A stretch of 64,000 nt of DNA from an uncultured Gemmataceae bacterium. GTDB taxonomy: Bacteria > Planctomycetota > Planctomycetia > Gemmatales > Gemmataceae. A program made the translations under genes and the position numbers. The notes under the pieces are model-generated. The model searched no databases and was not told where the DNA came from. It saw nothing but the letters and a program-made list of their open reading frames with translations. Shown here piece after piece: positions 54,709-64,000 of this stretch. The stretch lies in contig CAVVPN010000004.1 of NCBI GenBank assembly GCA_963750165.1, positions 288,001-352,000 of the forward strand, in the 5' to 3' direction. The stretch's first letter is position 1. Each line of letters opens with the position of its first letter.

Positions 54709-55404
54709 ATGATACGTATGTCGGTCCTGTTCGCCAGCGCCCTTGCGTGTTGGTTTGTGTGCCCCGGTTCCCACGCCCGGGCCGAGGATGTGACCTGGTC
54801 GTACAGCTGGACCGGCACGTCGGAGGTGCTCAACAGCAACGGCGGCGGCGTGAAGTTGCTCCTCGGTTCCGGCACGTACAACAACAACCAGAACGGCGTG
54901 ACCGCGGCCCTGCTCCAGGCGTTCGGGCCGGCCGGGAACATCGTCAACGGCCAGTACACGCTGAGCGTCCACATCCAGGACAATGCCACCAAGGACTTCA
55001 CGGACCTGACGTTCCACGGCGTGTTGAACGGCCCAACGAACCTCGGGTTGCAGAACACGTTCAGCGCTCCGGTCGCCCAGACGGGCCTGGTCGGGGCCAA
55101 CAACTTCGGGGTGGTCATCGGCCTGTACATTGCGCCCGGGCCGACCGGCTCCGGCGTGCAGGGTGTGCTGGCCACGAACGTGGTGGTGACGCCCAGCGTC
55201 AACGGCGGCAGCGGCAACAATGGCGGCACCCAATCGTCTGGTTCCGGATCCGGTTCCGGTTCCGGTTCCGGCTCGGGCCCCGTTTCCCAGGTGCCGGAGC
55301 CATCCGCGCTGGCCCTCGGCACCGTCGGCGCCATCGGAGCGGGCCTCGTGCTTTTCTTCCGTCGCCGGCGCGGGAACCGAACCACGGTGGTCGTCGGCGT
55401 GTGA
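54709..55404 (+). CDS. PEP-CTERM sorting domain protein with (GS)n linker
   Basis: Signal peptide (SHARA-E), GSGSGSGSGSGS encoded by a GGTTCC-type repeat, then VPEPSAL, TM and RRRR. Confidence 0.88.
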   Translation: MIRMSVLFASALACWFVCPGSHARAEDVTWSYSWTGTSEVLNSNGGGVKLLLGSGTYNNNQNGVTAALLQAFGPAGNIVNGQYTLSVHIQDNATKDFTDLTFHGVLNGPTNLGLQNTFSAPVAQTGLVGANNFGVVIGLYIAPGPTGSGVQGVLATNVVVTPSVNGGSGNNGGTQSSGSGSGSGSGSGSGPVSQVPEPSALALGTVGAIGAGLVLFFRRRRGNRTTVVVGV

Positions 55405-55433
55405 TAGCGAATCGGCCAGGAAGGTTCGTGGTT

Positions 55434-55496
55434 GGTCGGAGCCCGAGCGCCAGCGCGGAGCAGAGTTGGCCCCGCGCTGGCGCTCGGGCTCCGACC
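55434..55496. repeat. REP inverted pair (25-bp arms) between convergent genes
   Basis: ggtcggagcccgagcgccagcgcgg / ccgcgctggcgctcgggctccgacc. Half-copy at ~52890-52906. Confidence 0.85.
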
Positions 55497-55524
55497 CACG
55501 CGGCAAGCGGCGGCAAAAACCCCG

Positions 55525-56949
55525 TCAGAACTGAAAGTAAATGAACGCCCGCGTCATGGTCGGCCCAAAGGCAACCACGAGCACCACAGCAGCAACATAC
55601 GCCCCCGCTCGCAGCGGCGCCGGCAGCCGCAGGACGCCGCAGGGGATGCCGCGCAGGCCGCTGAACAGGTGGCCCAGCGCCACCAGCCCCACCAGCGGCG
55701 GCACCGACGCCGGCACCGCCCAGGTGCCTCCCACCGCGCTACCGCCCAGCCACGCCGCCTGCACCAGCCAGCAGCCCGCCCAGTTCTCCGACCGCACCAG
55801 AATCAAGCCCACCGCCACCAGCACGAACGTCGCCGCCACCGCCAGCGCCCGGTACGGTATCGATTCCCGCAACCGCTCCGCCCACGCCCTGCCGTCCAGC
55901 GCCTGGTTCAGTAGCCGGTGCAGCACCAGCAGCACGCCATTGTAAAAGCCCCACAACACATAGTTCCACGTGGCGCCGTGCCACAGGCCGCACAGCGTCA
56001 TGGTCAGCAGCAGGTTCAGCAGCAGCCGCACCGAACCGCGCCGGCTGCCGCCCAGCGAGATGTACACGTAGTCGCGCATCCATGTGGACAGTGAGATATG
56101 CCAGCGCTTCCAGAACTCGGTGATACTGCCCGCCAGGTACGGGAAGTCGAAGTTGCGCGGCAACTCAAAGCCGAACCACTTGGCGCAGCCGACGGCCAAA
56201 TCGCTGTAGCCGCTGAAGTCGCAGTAAATCTGGCCGGCATAGGCCAGCACCGCCCAGCGCAGCGTCGCCGCGTCGTACAGCCCCGGGTTGGCAAACACCA
56301 CATCGACGAACTGACCCAGCGCGTCGGCGATGAACACCTTCTTGAACAGGCCAAGGATGAACCAGTGCAGCCCCTCGACCACCTGGGCGGCGCTGGCGCG
56401 CGGCGGCCGCTCCATCTGCGGCAGGAATTCGATCGCGCGCACGATGGGCCCCGCCACCAGCTGCGGGAAGAACGCCACGAACAGGCAGAAGTCACGCAGG
56501 CAGCGCACCGCCGGGATTTTCTTGTGATACACATCCAGCGTGTAGCTGATGCCCTGGAAGGTGTGGAAGCTGATGCCCAGCGGCAAGATGATGTTGAAGG
56601 TGCGCGGCGGCACACTCAGGCCGAGCCAGTGCAGCAGGGCGGCGCTGTTGTCGTAAGCGAAGCAGGTGTACTTGAAGAACGCCAGGAAACCGAGGTTGCT
56701 GACGATGCTGACCCACAGCCAGGCGCGGCGGCGGCCCGGCGTCGCGGCGTCCTCGATCAGGCGGCCGGCCCAGTAATCGACCACGCTGGTGAACAGGATG
56801 ACGCCGATGAACCAGGGGCTCCACGACATGTAGAACACCCAGCTGGCCACGAGCAGAAAGCGGTACTTGTGCGTCCGCGACGGCAGCAGGTAGTAGCCCA
56901 GCAGCACGACCGGCAGGAACAGCAGAAACGCCTGACTGGTGAAGTTCAT
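55525..56949 (-). CDS. MBOAT family O-acyltransferase (AlgI/DltB-like)
   Basis: LPLGISFHTFQ, FFPQLVAGPIVR, DFSGYSD, FWKRWHISLS and GLWHGA. Confidence 0.95.
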   Translation of the reverse strand: MNFTSQAFLLFLPVVLLGYYLLPSRTHKYRFLLVASWVFYMSWSPWFIGVILFTSVVDYWAGRLIEDAATPGRRRAWLWVSIVSNLGFLAFFKYTCFAYDNSAALLHWLGLSVPPRTFNIILPLGISFHTFQGISYTLDVYHKKIPAVRCLRDFCLFVAFFPQLVAGPIVRAIEFLPQMERPPRASAAQVVEGLHWFILGLFKKVFIADALGQFVDVVFANPGLYDAATLRWAVLAYAGQIYCDFSGYSDLAVGCAKWFGFELPRNFDFPYLAGSITEFWKRWHISLSTWMRDYVYISLGGSRRGSVRLLLNLLLTMTLCGLWHGATWNYVLWGFYNGVLLVLHRLLNQALDGRAWAERLRESIPYRALAVAATFVLVAVGLILVRSENWAGCWLVQAAWLGGSAVGGTWAVPASVPPLVGLVALGHLFSGLRGIPCGVLRLPAPLRAGAYVAAVVLVVAFGPTMTRAFIYFQF

Positions 56950-58028
56950 GACCTGCCCCCCAGCACGGCCAGCTGTTGCCGCAGCCACGTCGTCAACCGG
57001 GCGGTGCCGTGGGCGTTGAGATGGACCAGGTCGGCGAAGTCTGCATCCGTGGCGTCGAGGACCGCCCGGCTGGCGCGGAGCACACGCAGGCGGCGCGTCC
57101 GCTCCAGCTCCGCCAGGGCGGCCCGGTAGGCGGCGAACTCGCGCGGGTGTAGCGACTCCTCCAGATCCCTGCTGACCGGCATATCCACCAGCACCAGTTC
57201 CACGCCGTGACGGACGCACCAGTCCTGCAATTCCAGCAGGTAGCGCACGTGGCCGCCGCCGACATGGAAGTGGTCCAGGTAGTTGAACGGCGGCAACTTC
57301 TCCCCGGGCGCCTTGAAGTCGGTCAGGCGGCTCCGCTGGAAGCGCGGCTGCGGGGCGAAACCGTTGGGGTGGTCCATGGCGCTGGCGTAGCGCAGGTTCT
57401 CGCGGGCCTCGGCGGCCTCCTTCGGATAGGTGCCCGGCAGCGCGGCGTCCAGGCGGGAGCAGGCCCACAGGCGGATGCCGTGGCGGAAGTGGTACAGGCT
57501 CCACAACCGCTCCAACCGGGGCTTCAGCCAGTGGCGCAGGCACCATTCCAGCGACTCGGGCCGGTGGCGGGCGAAGTCCGGCATGTCGGAGGCGGTCAGG
57601 AGCGAGTGCGGGCCGTGCGGTTCACTGCGGCCGTCGTTCACGTCGCTGGCGGTGATGCCGTAGACGAGCACGCGCGGCGGCGCGGCAGCCCCGTGCTTGA
57701 CCGCGTGCCAGACTTCTGTGGTCGTGGCGCCGGGCAGGCCGAGGTTGAACGGGTGACGCAACGGGGTGCCGCGCCAGCGCAGGCCGGTCAGCGCCGTGGT
57801 GTCGATGCCCTCGCTGACGGGGGAGCCGCCGATGACCAGCAGGTCCGGCCGCTGGCGCCGGCACTGGCGGACGCGGGCGCGATAGTCATCCGGGGAGTAG
57901 GCGTTCCAGACATCGCGGTGGGCGGCCACGACCACATCGACCGCCACCAGGCCCGCCAGGAAAAACACGAGCACGCGGTAGCGCCGCCACCGCTTCCACC
58001 AACCCGGCCTGTCCTGGACTGCGTCCAT
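56946..58028 (-). CDS. SGNH-type periplasmic acyltransferase partner (AlgJ/DltD-like)
   Basis: N-terminal TM, IGGS, FNLGLPG and FADLVHLN (DxxH). ATGA overlap with the MBOAT gene. Confidence 0.75.
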   Translation of the reverse strand: MDAVQDRPGWWKRWRRYRVLVFFLAGLVAVDVVVAAHRDVWNAYSPDDYRARVRQCRRQRPDLLVIGGSPVSEGIDTTALTGLRWRGTPLRHPFNLGLPGATTTEVWHAVKHGAAAPPRVLVYGITASDVNDGRSEPHGPHSLLTASDMPDFARHRPESLEWCLRHWLKPRLERLWSLYHFRHGIRLWACSRLDAALPGTYPKEAAEARENLRYASAMDHPNGFAPQPRFQRSRLTDFKAPGEKLPPFNYLDHFHVGGGHVRYLLELQDWCVRHGVELVLVDMPVSRDLEESLHPREFAAYRAALAELERTRRLRVLRASRAVLDATDADFADLVHLNAHGTARLTTWLRQQLAVLGGRS

Positions 58029-58407
58029 GCAATCCCCTCCGTCAAACTACCTGCGTCGGCTCATTCCTTCATTGATTCGGAAAGCGCGGCGCGGCGGTTG
58101 AAGGCCAGACGCTGGCACAAGCTGATCCGGGTTCCGAGTTTGCCGGTTGTGCGGCGTTTGCTGAATGCACCGGCGTCGGCGCTTCGTATGAAACCTTGCT
58201 GCGTACGCTGAGCGCGCAAGATTCGCCCTGCGTTGGCAACGTCGGGCGCCGGTCGGCGCGGCTGAACCCGGGAGAGCACTCCCTGGCGCCAGGCGTTCTT
58301 CATAGCCGAGCCGGGCCGCGATTCCAGCGACCCGGTGCCCTTGCCGCGGCAATCCCCTACAACAACCGCATGGGATTGGACCCTAACTTTCGCCGAAGGA
58401 GCAAGCC

Positions 58408-58977
58408 ATGAAACGATTCGCACTGGCGGCACTGCTGGTCGGTTTGTTGACCGCCTCGTCGAGCCAGGCGCAGGAGAAAAACCCCGTGGTGATCATGGAA
58501 ACCAACATGGGGACCATCAAGATCGAGCTGTTCAAGGACAAGGCGCCCATCACGGTCAAGAACTTTCTGGACTACGTGGACAACAAGTTTTACGACGGCA
58601 CCATCTTCCACCGCGTCATCCCGAACTTCATGATTCAGGGCGGCGGCATGGAACCCGGCCTCAAGGAGAAGCAAACGAAAGCAGCCATCAAGAACGAATC
58701 GACCAACGGCCTGTCGAACCAGCGCGGCACCATCGCCATGGCACGCACCAACGTGCCGGACAGTGCCACGTCGCAGTTCTTCATCAACGTCAAGGACAAC
58801 ACCTTCCTCGACCGCGCCAACGCCGGCGACAAGGTCGGTTACTGCGTCTTCGGCAAGGTCATCAGCGGCATGGACGTGGTGGACAAGATCAAGGCCGTGC
58901 AGACCGCCAACCAGGGGGGTCACGGCGACGTGCCGGTGCAGAACGTGGTCATCCGCGCGGTGCGGCGGGCGAACTGA
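58408..58977 (+). CDS. Cyclophilin-type peptidyl-prolyl isomerase, Sec signal peptide
   Basis: [31 protein letters not shown] and GYCVFGKV. Confidence 0.95.
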   Translation: MKRFALAALLVGLLTASSSQAQEKNPVVIMETNMGTIKIELFKDKAPITVKNFLDYVDNKFYDGTIFHRVIPNFMIQGGGMEPGLKEKQTKAAIKNESTNGLSNQRGTIAMARTNVPDSATSQFFINVKDNTFLDRANAGDKVGYCVFGKVISGMDVVDKIKAVQTANQGGHGDVPVQNVVIRAVRRAN

Positions 58978-59051
58978 CGCAGGTTGGCGGCGGGCGCGGG
59001 GTGGCTCGCGCCCGCCGCCGGGCATTTTGGCTGGAAACGGAAGGGGACATC

Positions 59052-59648
59052 ATGAAGCGCTGGTTGCCGGCGATGTTGTTGCTGGCGGGACTCGGGCTGT
59101 CGGGCTGCGGCGACGACGCCAGGAACAAGGACAAGAGCAAGTCGGAGCCCTCCGGCAAGAACCCGGTCGTGCTCGTCGAAACCTCGATGGGCAACATCAA
59201 AATCGAGTTGTTCGAGGACAAGGCGCCCATCACGGTCAAGAATTTCCTGGACTACGTGGACAGTAAGCATTACGACGGCACCATCTTCCACCGTGTCATC
59301 CCGAACTTCATGATCCAGGGCGGCGGCATGGAACCCGGCCTCAAGGAGAAGCAGACGAAAGCAGCCATCAAGAACGAGGCCGGCAACGGGCTGCTGAACC
59401 AGCGCGGCACCGTCGCCATGGCGCGCACCAACGTGCCGGACAGCGCCACCGCCCAGTTCTTCATCAACGTCAAGGACAACACCTTCCTCGACCGCGCCAA
59501 CGCCGGCGATGGCGTCGGCTACGCCGTCTTCGGTCGCGTCATTGAGGGCATGGACGTGGCCGACAAGATCGTGAACGTCCCGACCTTCAGCGGTGGTGTG
59601 CCGCAGCACGACGTGATCATCAAGTCTGTGCGGCGCGTGGATTCCTGA
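59052..59648 (+). CDS. Cyclophilin-type peptidyl-prolyl isomerase, lipoprotein
   Basis: Lipobox LSGC and the same catalytic motifs as the upstream copy. Confidence 0.93.
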   Translation: MKRWLPAMLLLAGLGLSGCGDDARNKDKSKSEPSGKNPVVLVETSMGNIKIELFEDKAPITVKNFLDYVDSKHYDGTIFHRVIPNFMIQGGGMEPGLKEKQTKAAIKNEAGNGLLNQRGTVAMARTNVPDSATAQFFINVKDNTFLDRANAGDGVGYAVFGRVIEGMDVADKIVNVPTFSGGVPQHDVIIKSVRRVDS

Positions 59649-59649
59649 T

Positions 59650-59707
59650 CGTGGGGCAGGCTTTCCAGCCTGCCGTGAGATTGGCAGGCTGGAAAGCCTG
59701 CCCCACG
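59650..59707. repeat. REP inverted pair (25-bp perfect arms, GTGG-type end)
   Basis: cgtggggcaggctttccagcctgcc, 8-nt spacer, ggcaggctggaaagcctgccccacg. Confidence 0.9.
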
Positions 59708-59718
59708 GGGGTATCGAC

Positions 59719-60765
59719 ATGAGCGGTGTGCAAGCGAGCCGCATCGGCGGTGCTGCGGCAGTGTTTCTGCTGGTCAGCCTGGCGGCGGCGCAGCCAGGAC
59801 CGCTGCCGCCGATCAACCCGGCGGCGGCGCGGCTGGAGCAGACCATCACCGAACTCGACGGCCCCGGCTGGGCCATCGCTGGCGGCAGCGGCAGCGGTAT
59901 GCTGGCCGCCGCGTGTGAGAACGACGCCGTGCATTTCTGGCACCGCGACGCCGTGCTCGGCTTCCGCGCCGGCAGCGGCCCGACCAACACGCTGCGCGGC
60001 CACGGCGGCCCGGTGACGCACCTGGCCTGGCACGGCGGTCGCGTTCTGGCGTCCGCCAGCGCCGACAAGGTGCTGCTCTGGTCGGCCGCCGACGGCAAGC
60101 TGCTGCACACGCTGCCGATGCCGCGGACGCTACGGGCGCTGGCCCTGTCGCCTGACGACAAGCTGCTGGCCACCGCCGGCGACGATCCGACCGTGACGCT
60201 GTGGGACACGACCACCGGCAAGCCGGCCGCGACGCTCAGGGATCACAAGGACTGGGTGCGAGCGCTGGTCTTCAGCGCCGACGGCAAGCAACTGGCCTCG
60301 GGCGGACACGACGGCCTGGTACGGTTGTGGGACGTGGCCGCCGGCAAAAAGGTGCGCGACCTGCCCGGCACGCAGACGCCGCCGCCGAAGACGCCGCCGG
60401 ACCCCGCCGTCATCACAACGCTGTGCTTCAGCCCCGACGGCAAGACGGTGGCGGTCGGCGCGCTGGAGGGACCGATCAAGCTCATCAACGCGGTGGACGG
60501 CAAGCTGCTGCGGCCGCTGGCGGGGCACGGCAGTGCGGTGACGGGGTTGGCGTTCCACCCGGGCGGAGGTGTGCTGGCGTCGGCGAGCAAGGATCGGACG
60601 GTGCGGTTGTGGAACCCCGCCAACGGCCAGGCGCTGAAGGTGCTGGACGGCCACACCGCGTGGGTGCAGGGCGTGGTGTTCCTGACGCGGGGGACGCGGC
60701 TGGCGTCGGTGGGGGCGGACCGCACCGTGCGCATCTGGGAGTTGATGGAGCCGACGAAGAAATAG
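59719..60765 (+). CDS. WD40 repeat protein
   Basis: Several GH…FS.DG.LASG..D..V.LWD repeats after a signal peptide. Confidence 0.92.
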   Translation: MSGVQASRIGGAAAVFLLVSLAAAQPGPLPPINPAAARLEQTITELDGPGWAIAGGSGSGMLAAACENDAVHFWHRDAVLGFRAGSGPTNTLRGHGGPVTHLAWHGGRVLASASADKVLLWSAADGKLLHTLPMPRTLRALALSPDDKLLATAGDDPTVTLWDTTTGKPAATLRDHKDWVRALVFSADGKQLASGGHDGLVRLWDVAAGKKVRDLPGTQTPPPKTPPDPAVITTLCFSPDGKTVAVGALEGPIKLINAVDGKLLRPLAGHGSAVTGLAFHPGGGVLASASKDRTVRLWNPANGQALKVLDGHTAWVQGVVFLTRGTRLASVGADRTVRIWELMEPTKK

Positions 60766-60806
60766 CCCCGACCGCGGAGGGCTCGCGGCCGGGGCCGATG
60801 GGAACG

Positions 60807-61169
60807 TTATTTCACGTCGATGCTTTTGAGGACATCGCCACCCCCACTCGTCTGGGCGGCCAAGCCAGCCTTCATAAAGCGTTCCATGCTGGCCTTCAGT
60901 TTGTCCTCGTACTTCTTCGTCATCTGCTCCTTCTTCTCCTTCGGCCAGGCATCCATGACCTTGGCGTTTTCCTTGGCACGCTTCGCCAGCGCTTCGAGTT
61001 TGGGCTTGGCAGCCGTGGCGGTGTCCTTGTCCTTCACCTTCTCCAGTTCGGCAGTCATCTCGTCCATGATGGCGATCTGTTCCTTTGCGTAATCATCGTC
61101 GCTCTTGGCGCAGCCCACGACCACGCACGCAATCAGCAGGCCACATCCGACCCACGCGAACTTATTCAT
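60807..61169 (-). CDS. Hypothetical lipoprotein
   Basis: Lipobox VVGC and a Lys/Ala-rich helical body. Confidence 0.75.
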   Translation of the reverse strand: MNKFAWVGCGLLIACVVVGCAKSDDDYAKEQIAIMDEMTAELEKVKDKDTATAAKPKLEALAKRAKENAKVMDAWPKEKKEQMTKKYEDKLKASMERFMKAGLAAQTSGGGDVLKSIDVK

Positions 61170-61269
61170 TGCGGACTCCAGGTTTCCCAGAGATTGGGGT
61201 ACGGCCGACAGCCAACGTTGGCTGTGCCAAACTCATGAATAGGAAATCCGCGGGATTCGCACAGAGCTG

Positions 61270-61605
61270 TCACTCTGCCGGCTCGATGGTGGCGGACATC
61301 GAGCCCTGGCAGCGCGGGATGTCCTTGTCCGGCCCGAAGGCATGGATCTGGTCGCGCTTCAGCTCGGCCCGCTCCCGGCTCGTCGTGTCCACGATGACGC
61401 GGCCCCGGGTGTGGACCTCGTAGGCCATTAGAAAACCTTTCTCGCGCGGATGGCCGAACAGCTGCTGCAACATGCCGATCACGTAGTCGAAACTGTGGTC
61501 GTCGTCGTTGTGCAGGATGACGTGGTACGGCGGCTGCTTGCGCTTCTGCTCTTTTTCCTTGCGCCGCCGCGCGGTTTCCGGAACGGTGACGGTCGTTTCG
61601 ATCAT
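61270..61605 (-). CDS. clpS: ATP-dependent Clp protease adaptor ClpS
   Basis: PPYHVILHNDDDHSFDYVI, EVHTRGR and AELK. Confidence 0.9.
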   Translation of the reverse strand: MIETTVTVPETARRRKEKEQKRKQPPYHVILHNDDDHSFDYVIGMLQQLFGHPREKGFLMAYEVHTRGRVIVDTTSRERAELKRDQIHAFGPDKDIPRCQGSMSATIEPAE

Positions 61606-61636
61606 GGTGGTGCCTCAACTCGCTTACAAGGAAGTT

Positions 61637-63316
61637 CTACAGCGCCCGACCGAAGCACACAACGGTGATGTCATCATACTGCTTGCAGCCCAGTGCGTGC
61701 TGCTTGACGGCCTGCACCAGCCGGTCGCCGATGGCCTTCGGCGTGAACGGGCCTCCCGCGATGGCCCGGCGGGTGCCCTCCATGTGGAACTCGGCGTCCT
61801 GGCGGTTGCGGGCGTCGGTCACGCCATCGGTGAACTGGATCACGCAGTCGCCCGGTTGCAGCGGCACCGTCACCCCCTCATATGGCACATCCTCCTGGAT
61901 GCCCAGCGGCAGGCCCGACAGGTCGTGATTGAACGCCTCCTCGACCGCGCTGCGCGCGTGGCGGTACACCAGCGGCGGCAGGTGGCCGGCGTTGACGAAC
62001 GTCACCGCATGCGCCGCCGGGTCCAGCAGTCCCGCGGACAGCGTCACGAAGCGGTCGAGCAGCCCCGCCTCCTGCATCAGCAGGTTCAGTTTGCAGATCG
62101 CCCCGGCGGCGTCTGGCTCGGTGAGCAGGCTGAAGCGCGCGTCGGAGCTGACCTTGGCCATCAGCAGCGCCGCCGGCACGCCCTTGCCGGCCACGTCGCC
62201 GAGCATCACCCCCAGCCGGCCGTGCGGCAGCGGAATGAAGTCATAATAGTCGCCGCCCACCTCCAGCGCCGACTCGTAGTGGGCGAAGAACTCGTAACCG
62301 GCGATCTGCGGCAGCCGCCTGGGCAGGAAGCTCAACTGCACCTGCTGGGCCAGGCGCAGGTCGCGCTCCAGGCCGGCGCGGGCAACCATTTGCTCGTGCA
62401 GCCGGGCGTTCTCCACCGCGACGGCCGCCTGGCCGGCGACCCCCATCAGCAATCTCAGGTCGTCCTCCTTGAACTTCTTGTCGCGCGCCTGCGTGTCCAC
62501 CTGGATGACGCCGAACGCCTTGCCGGTGCTGCGCATCATCAGCGGGGCGCACATGACCGAGCGGATGCGGCAGTCGGCGATGCTCTGGCTGAGGTCGAAG
62601 CGCTTGTCGGCGCTGGCGTCCTCGCTGAGGATGGCCTGGCCCTTGGCCAGACATTCGCGGACGATGCTCTTGCTGAAGCGAGCGCTGCTCTCGTCAGCGG
62701 CCCGCCGGGTCTTGATGACCTTGGGCACCAGCGCCAGGCGGTCGCCTTCGGCCTCGTCGAAGATGACGAAGCCGCGGTCGGCCTGGCGGAAGACGCCGAA
62801 CAGGCTGTCCACGATCTTGGGCAGCAGCTGGTCCTGGTTGAACGTCGTGGTCAGCTCGGTGGCGATGCCAAGCAGGATGGCCAACTTCTCGGCCGGCTGT
62901 GTCTCCAGGATTTGCTTGCTGCTGTGGCTGGCGAGCGTCGCCTCAACGGTGCTGGAGCTTTCCTCCTCCTCGGTCTCGGAGCCCCGCCTGCCCTTGCTGA
63001 GGTCCGCGGGCAGCGGCGGCTTGTCGAAGAAGGCGAAGATGTTGTCGCAGATTTTGATCTGGTCGTTGTGCTTGAGAGGCGTGCTCTTCTTGACATCCTG
63101 GTTGTTGAGCTGGGTGCCGTTGCGGCTGTTGTTGTCCTCGATAAAGTACTTGCCATGCACGCAGCGGATGACGGCGTGTTCCCGGCTGACGGCGGGCAAG
63201 TTGATGACGATCTGGCACTCGGCATTGCGGCCCAAAATGATCCTGTCCCCACGTAGGGGGAATTCGGCGTCCTGGTTGGCGCCCTTGATTACTTTGAGGG
63301 AGGCCATCACGGGCAT
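61637..63316 (-). CDS. FHA-GAF-SpoIIE (PP2C) protein phosphatase
   Basis: FHA (LGR, VSREHA, SRNGT), GAF (RSVMCAPL) and PP2C (VGGDYYD, DVAGKG, NAGH, TDG, DD). Start approximate. Confidence 0.92.
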   Translation of the reverse strand: MPVMASLKVIKGANQDAEFPLRGDRIILGRNAECQIVINLPAVSREHAVIRCVHGKYFIEDNNSRNGTQLNNQDVKKSTPLKHNDQIKICDNIFAFFDKPPLPADLSKGRRGSETEEEESSSTVEATLASHSSKQILETQPAEKLAILLGIATELTTTFNQDQLLPKIVDSLFGVFRQADRGFVIFDEAEGDRLALVPKVIKTRRAADESSARFSKSIVRECLAKGQAILSEDASADKRFDLSQSIADCRIRSVMCAPLMMRSTGKAFGVIQVDTQARDKKFKEDDLRLLMGVAGQAAVAVENARLHEQMVARAGLERDLRLAQQVQLSFLPRRLPQIAGYEFFAHYESALEVGGDYYDFIPLPHGRLGVMLGDVAGKGVPAALLMAKVSSDARFSLLTEPDAAGAICKLNLLMQEAGLLDRFVTLSAGLLDPAAHAVTFVNAGHLPPLVYRHARSAVEEAFNHDLSGLPLGIQEDVPYEGVTVPLQPGDCVIQFTDGVTDARNRQDAEFHMEGTRRAIAGGPFTPKAIGDRLVQAVKQHALGCKQYDDITVVCFGRAL

Positions 63317-63535
63317 CTCCAGCGAGGTCGGCACAGGGATCACAACCGTAGGCTCCCTGCGAGGGGGAGAATTAGGAGATTGTACCGCGGCGGCGGCGGC
63401 GATTCAAGAATGGCGCCGGTTCTCGATGCTGCCGTTCTGCCGCAGCCGGGATTGCCAGGGCTGTTACCCGGTTGGGGTTGGAGAAACGGCGTGGAGTAGG
63501 TATGTCTTATCCGGGCTGAACCAGAGGAGGTTGCC

Positions 63536-64000
63536 ATGACCGAACAGGAATGGCTGTCCTGTACCGAGCCTGATGACCTGCTGGAGTTCTTGCGCGACCG
63601 TGCGACTGACCGGCAATTCCGGTTGTTCGTGTGTGCCTGCTGCCGCCGTTTTTTGCCGCTGCTGCCGAAAAAGCCAGCGCATGACCGGCGGCTCTGCGAA
63701 AAGGCCATCGATTACGGGGAGCGCTTTGCCGACGGAGCCGTTACTCGTAAAGAACTGATCGCGGCCTTCGATGAACAGGACTGGGCGAACGTCAGTCACG
63801 ACGGCTACCTGGCCGCCACGGCGGCTCGGACGGCGGTTTATACCGAAATCGCGGGCAGCACCCGACCCATGCTGCGAGGCCGTAACCTGATCGCTCATCC
63901 CGCCTCCGAGGCCGCGGAATACTCCCGCACCGTCGTCGGTCGGTTGCTGGCGCAGAGCCCGAGTGCAAAAGGCAGCACGCCCACTTCCAGAAAACGCCTG
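63536..64000 (+). CDS. Partial hypothetical protein of an expanded Gemmataceae-type family (MTExEWL…)
   Basis: GGAGG RBS, then MTEQEWLSCTEP…RQFRLFVCACCRR…ERFADG. Frame apparently disrupted near 63870-63890 and runs off the window. Confidence 0.65.
   Translation, partial: MTEQEWLSCTEPDDLLEFLRDRATDRQFRLFVCACCRRFLPLLPKKPAHDRRLCEKAIDYGERFADGAVTRKELIAAFDEQDWANVSHDGYLAATAARTAVYTEIAGSTRPMLRGRNLIAHPASEAAEYSRTVVGRLLAQSPSAKGSTPTSRKRL

Overview
GC-rich bacterial chromosomal segment, most consistent with Planctomycetota (Gemmataceae-like). The assignment rests on DUF1501, a DUF1559 prepilin plus partner lipoprotein, an LEPRxLL-type export motif, PEP-CTERM proteins, WD40 and Ser/Thr kinase genes, and many REP-like palindromes. 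Contents: (i) housekeeping genes (gpmA, pgi, clpS, two cyclophilins, peptidases, sulfatase); (ii) a ~21 kb minus-strand surface-glycan operon (13200-34074) with 8 glycosyltransferases, 8 SAM methyltransferases, Wzm/Wzt, an epimerase and a polymerase/ligase-like protein; (iii) an accessory island (~45300-49000) where two toxin-antitoxin-like pairs lie between ~255-bp direct repeats, separated by a perfect 52-bp palindrome, next to a HEPN-like gene; (iv) a lone attC-like site near 763-856; (v) an NtrC-family regulator followed by a sigma-54 promoter and a PEP-CTERM gene. About ten otherwise intact genes, including pgi, carry small frameshifts, which points to long-read sequencing error rather than real pseudogenes. 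No rRNA, tRNA, CRISPR array, integrase or transposase was recognised. Family assignments come from motif recognition by eye, not database searches.
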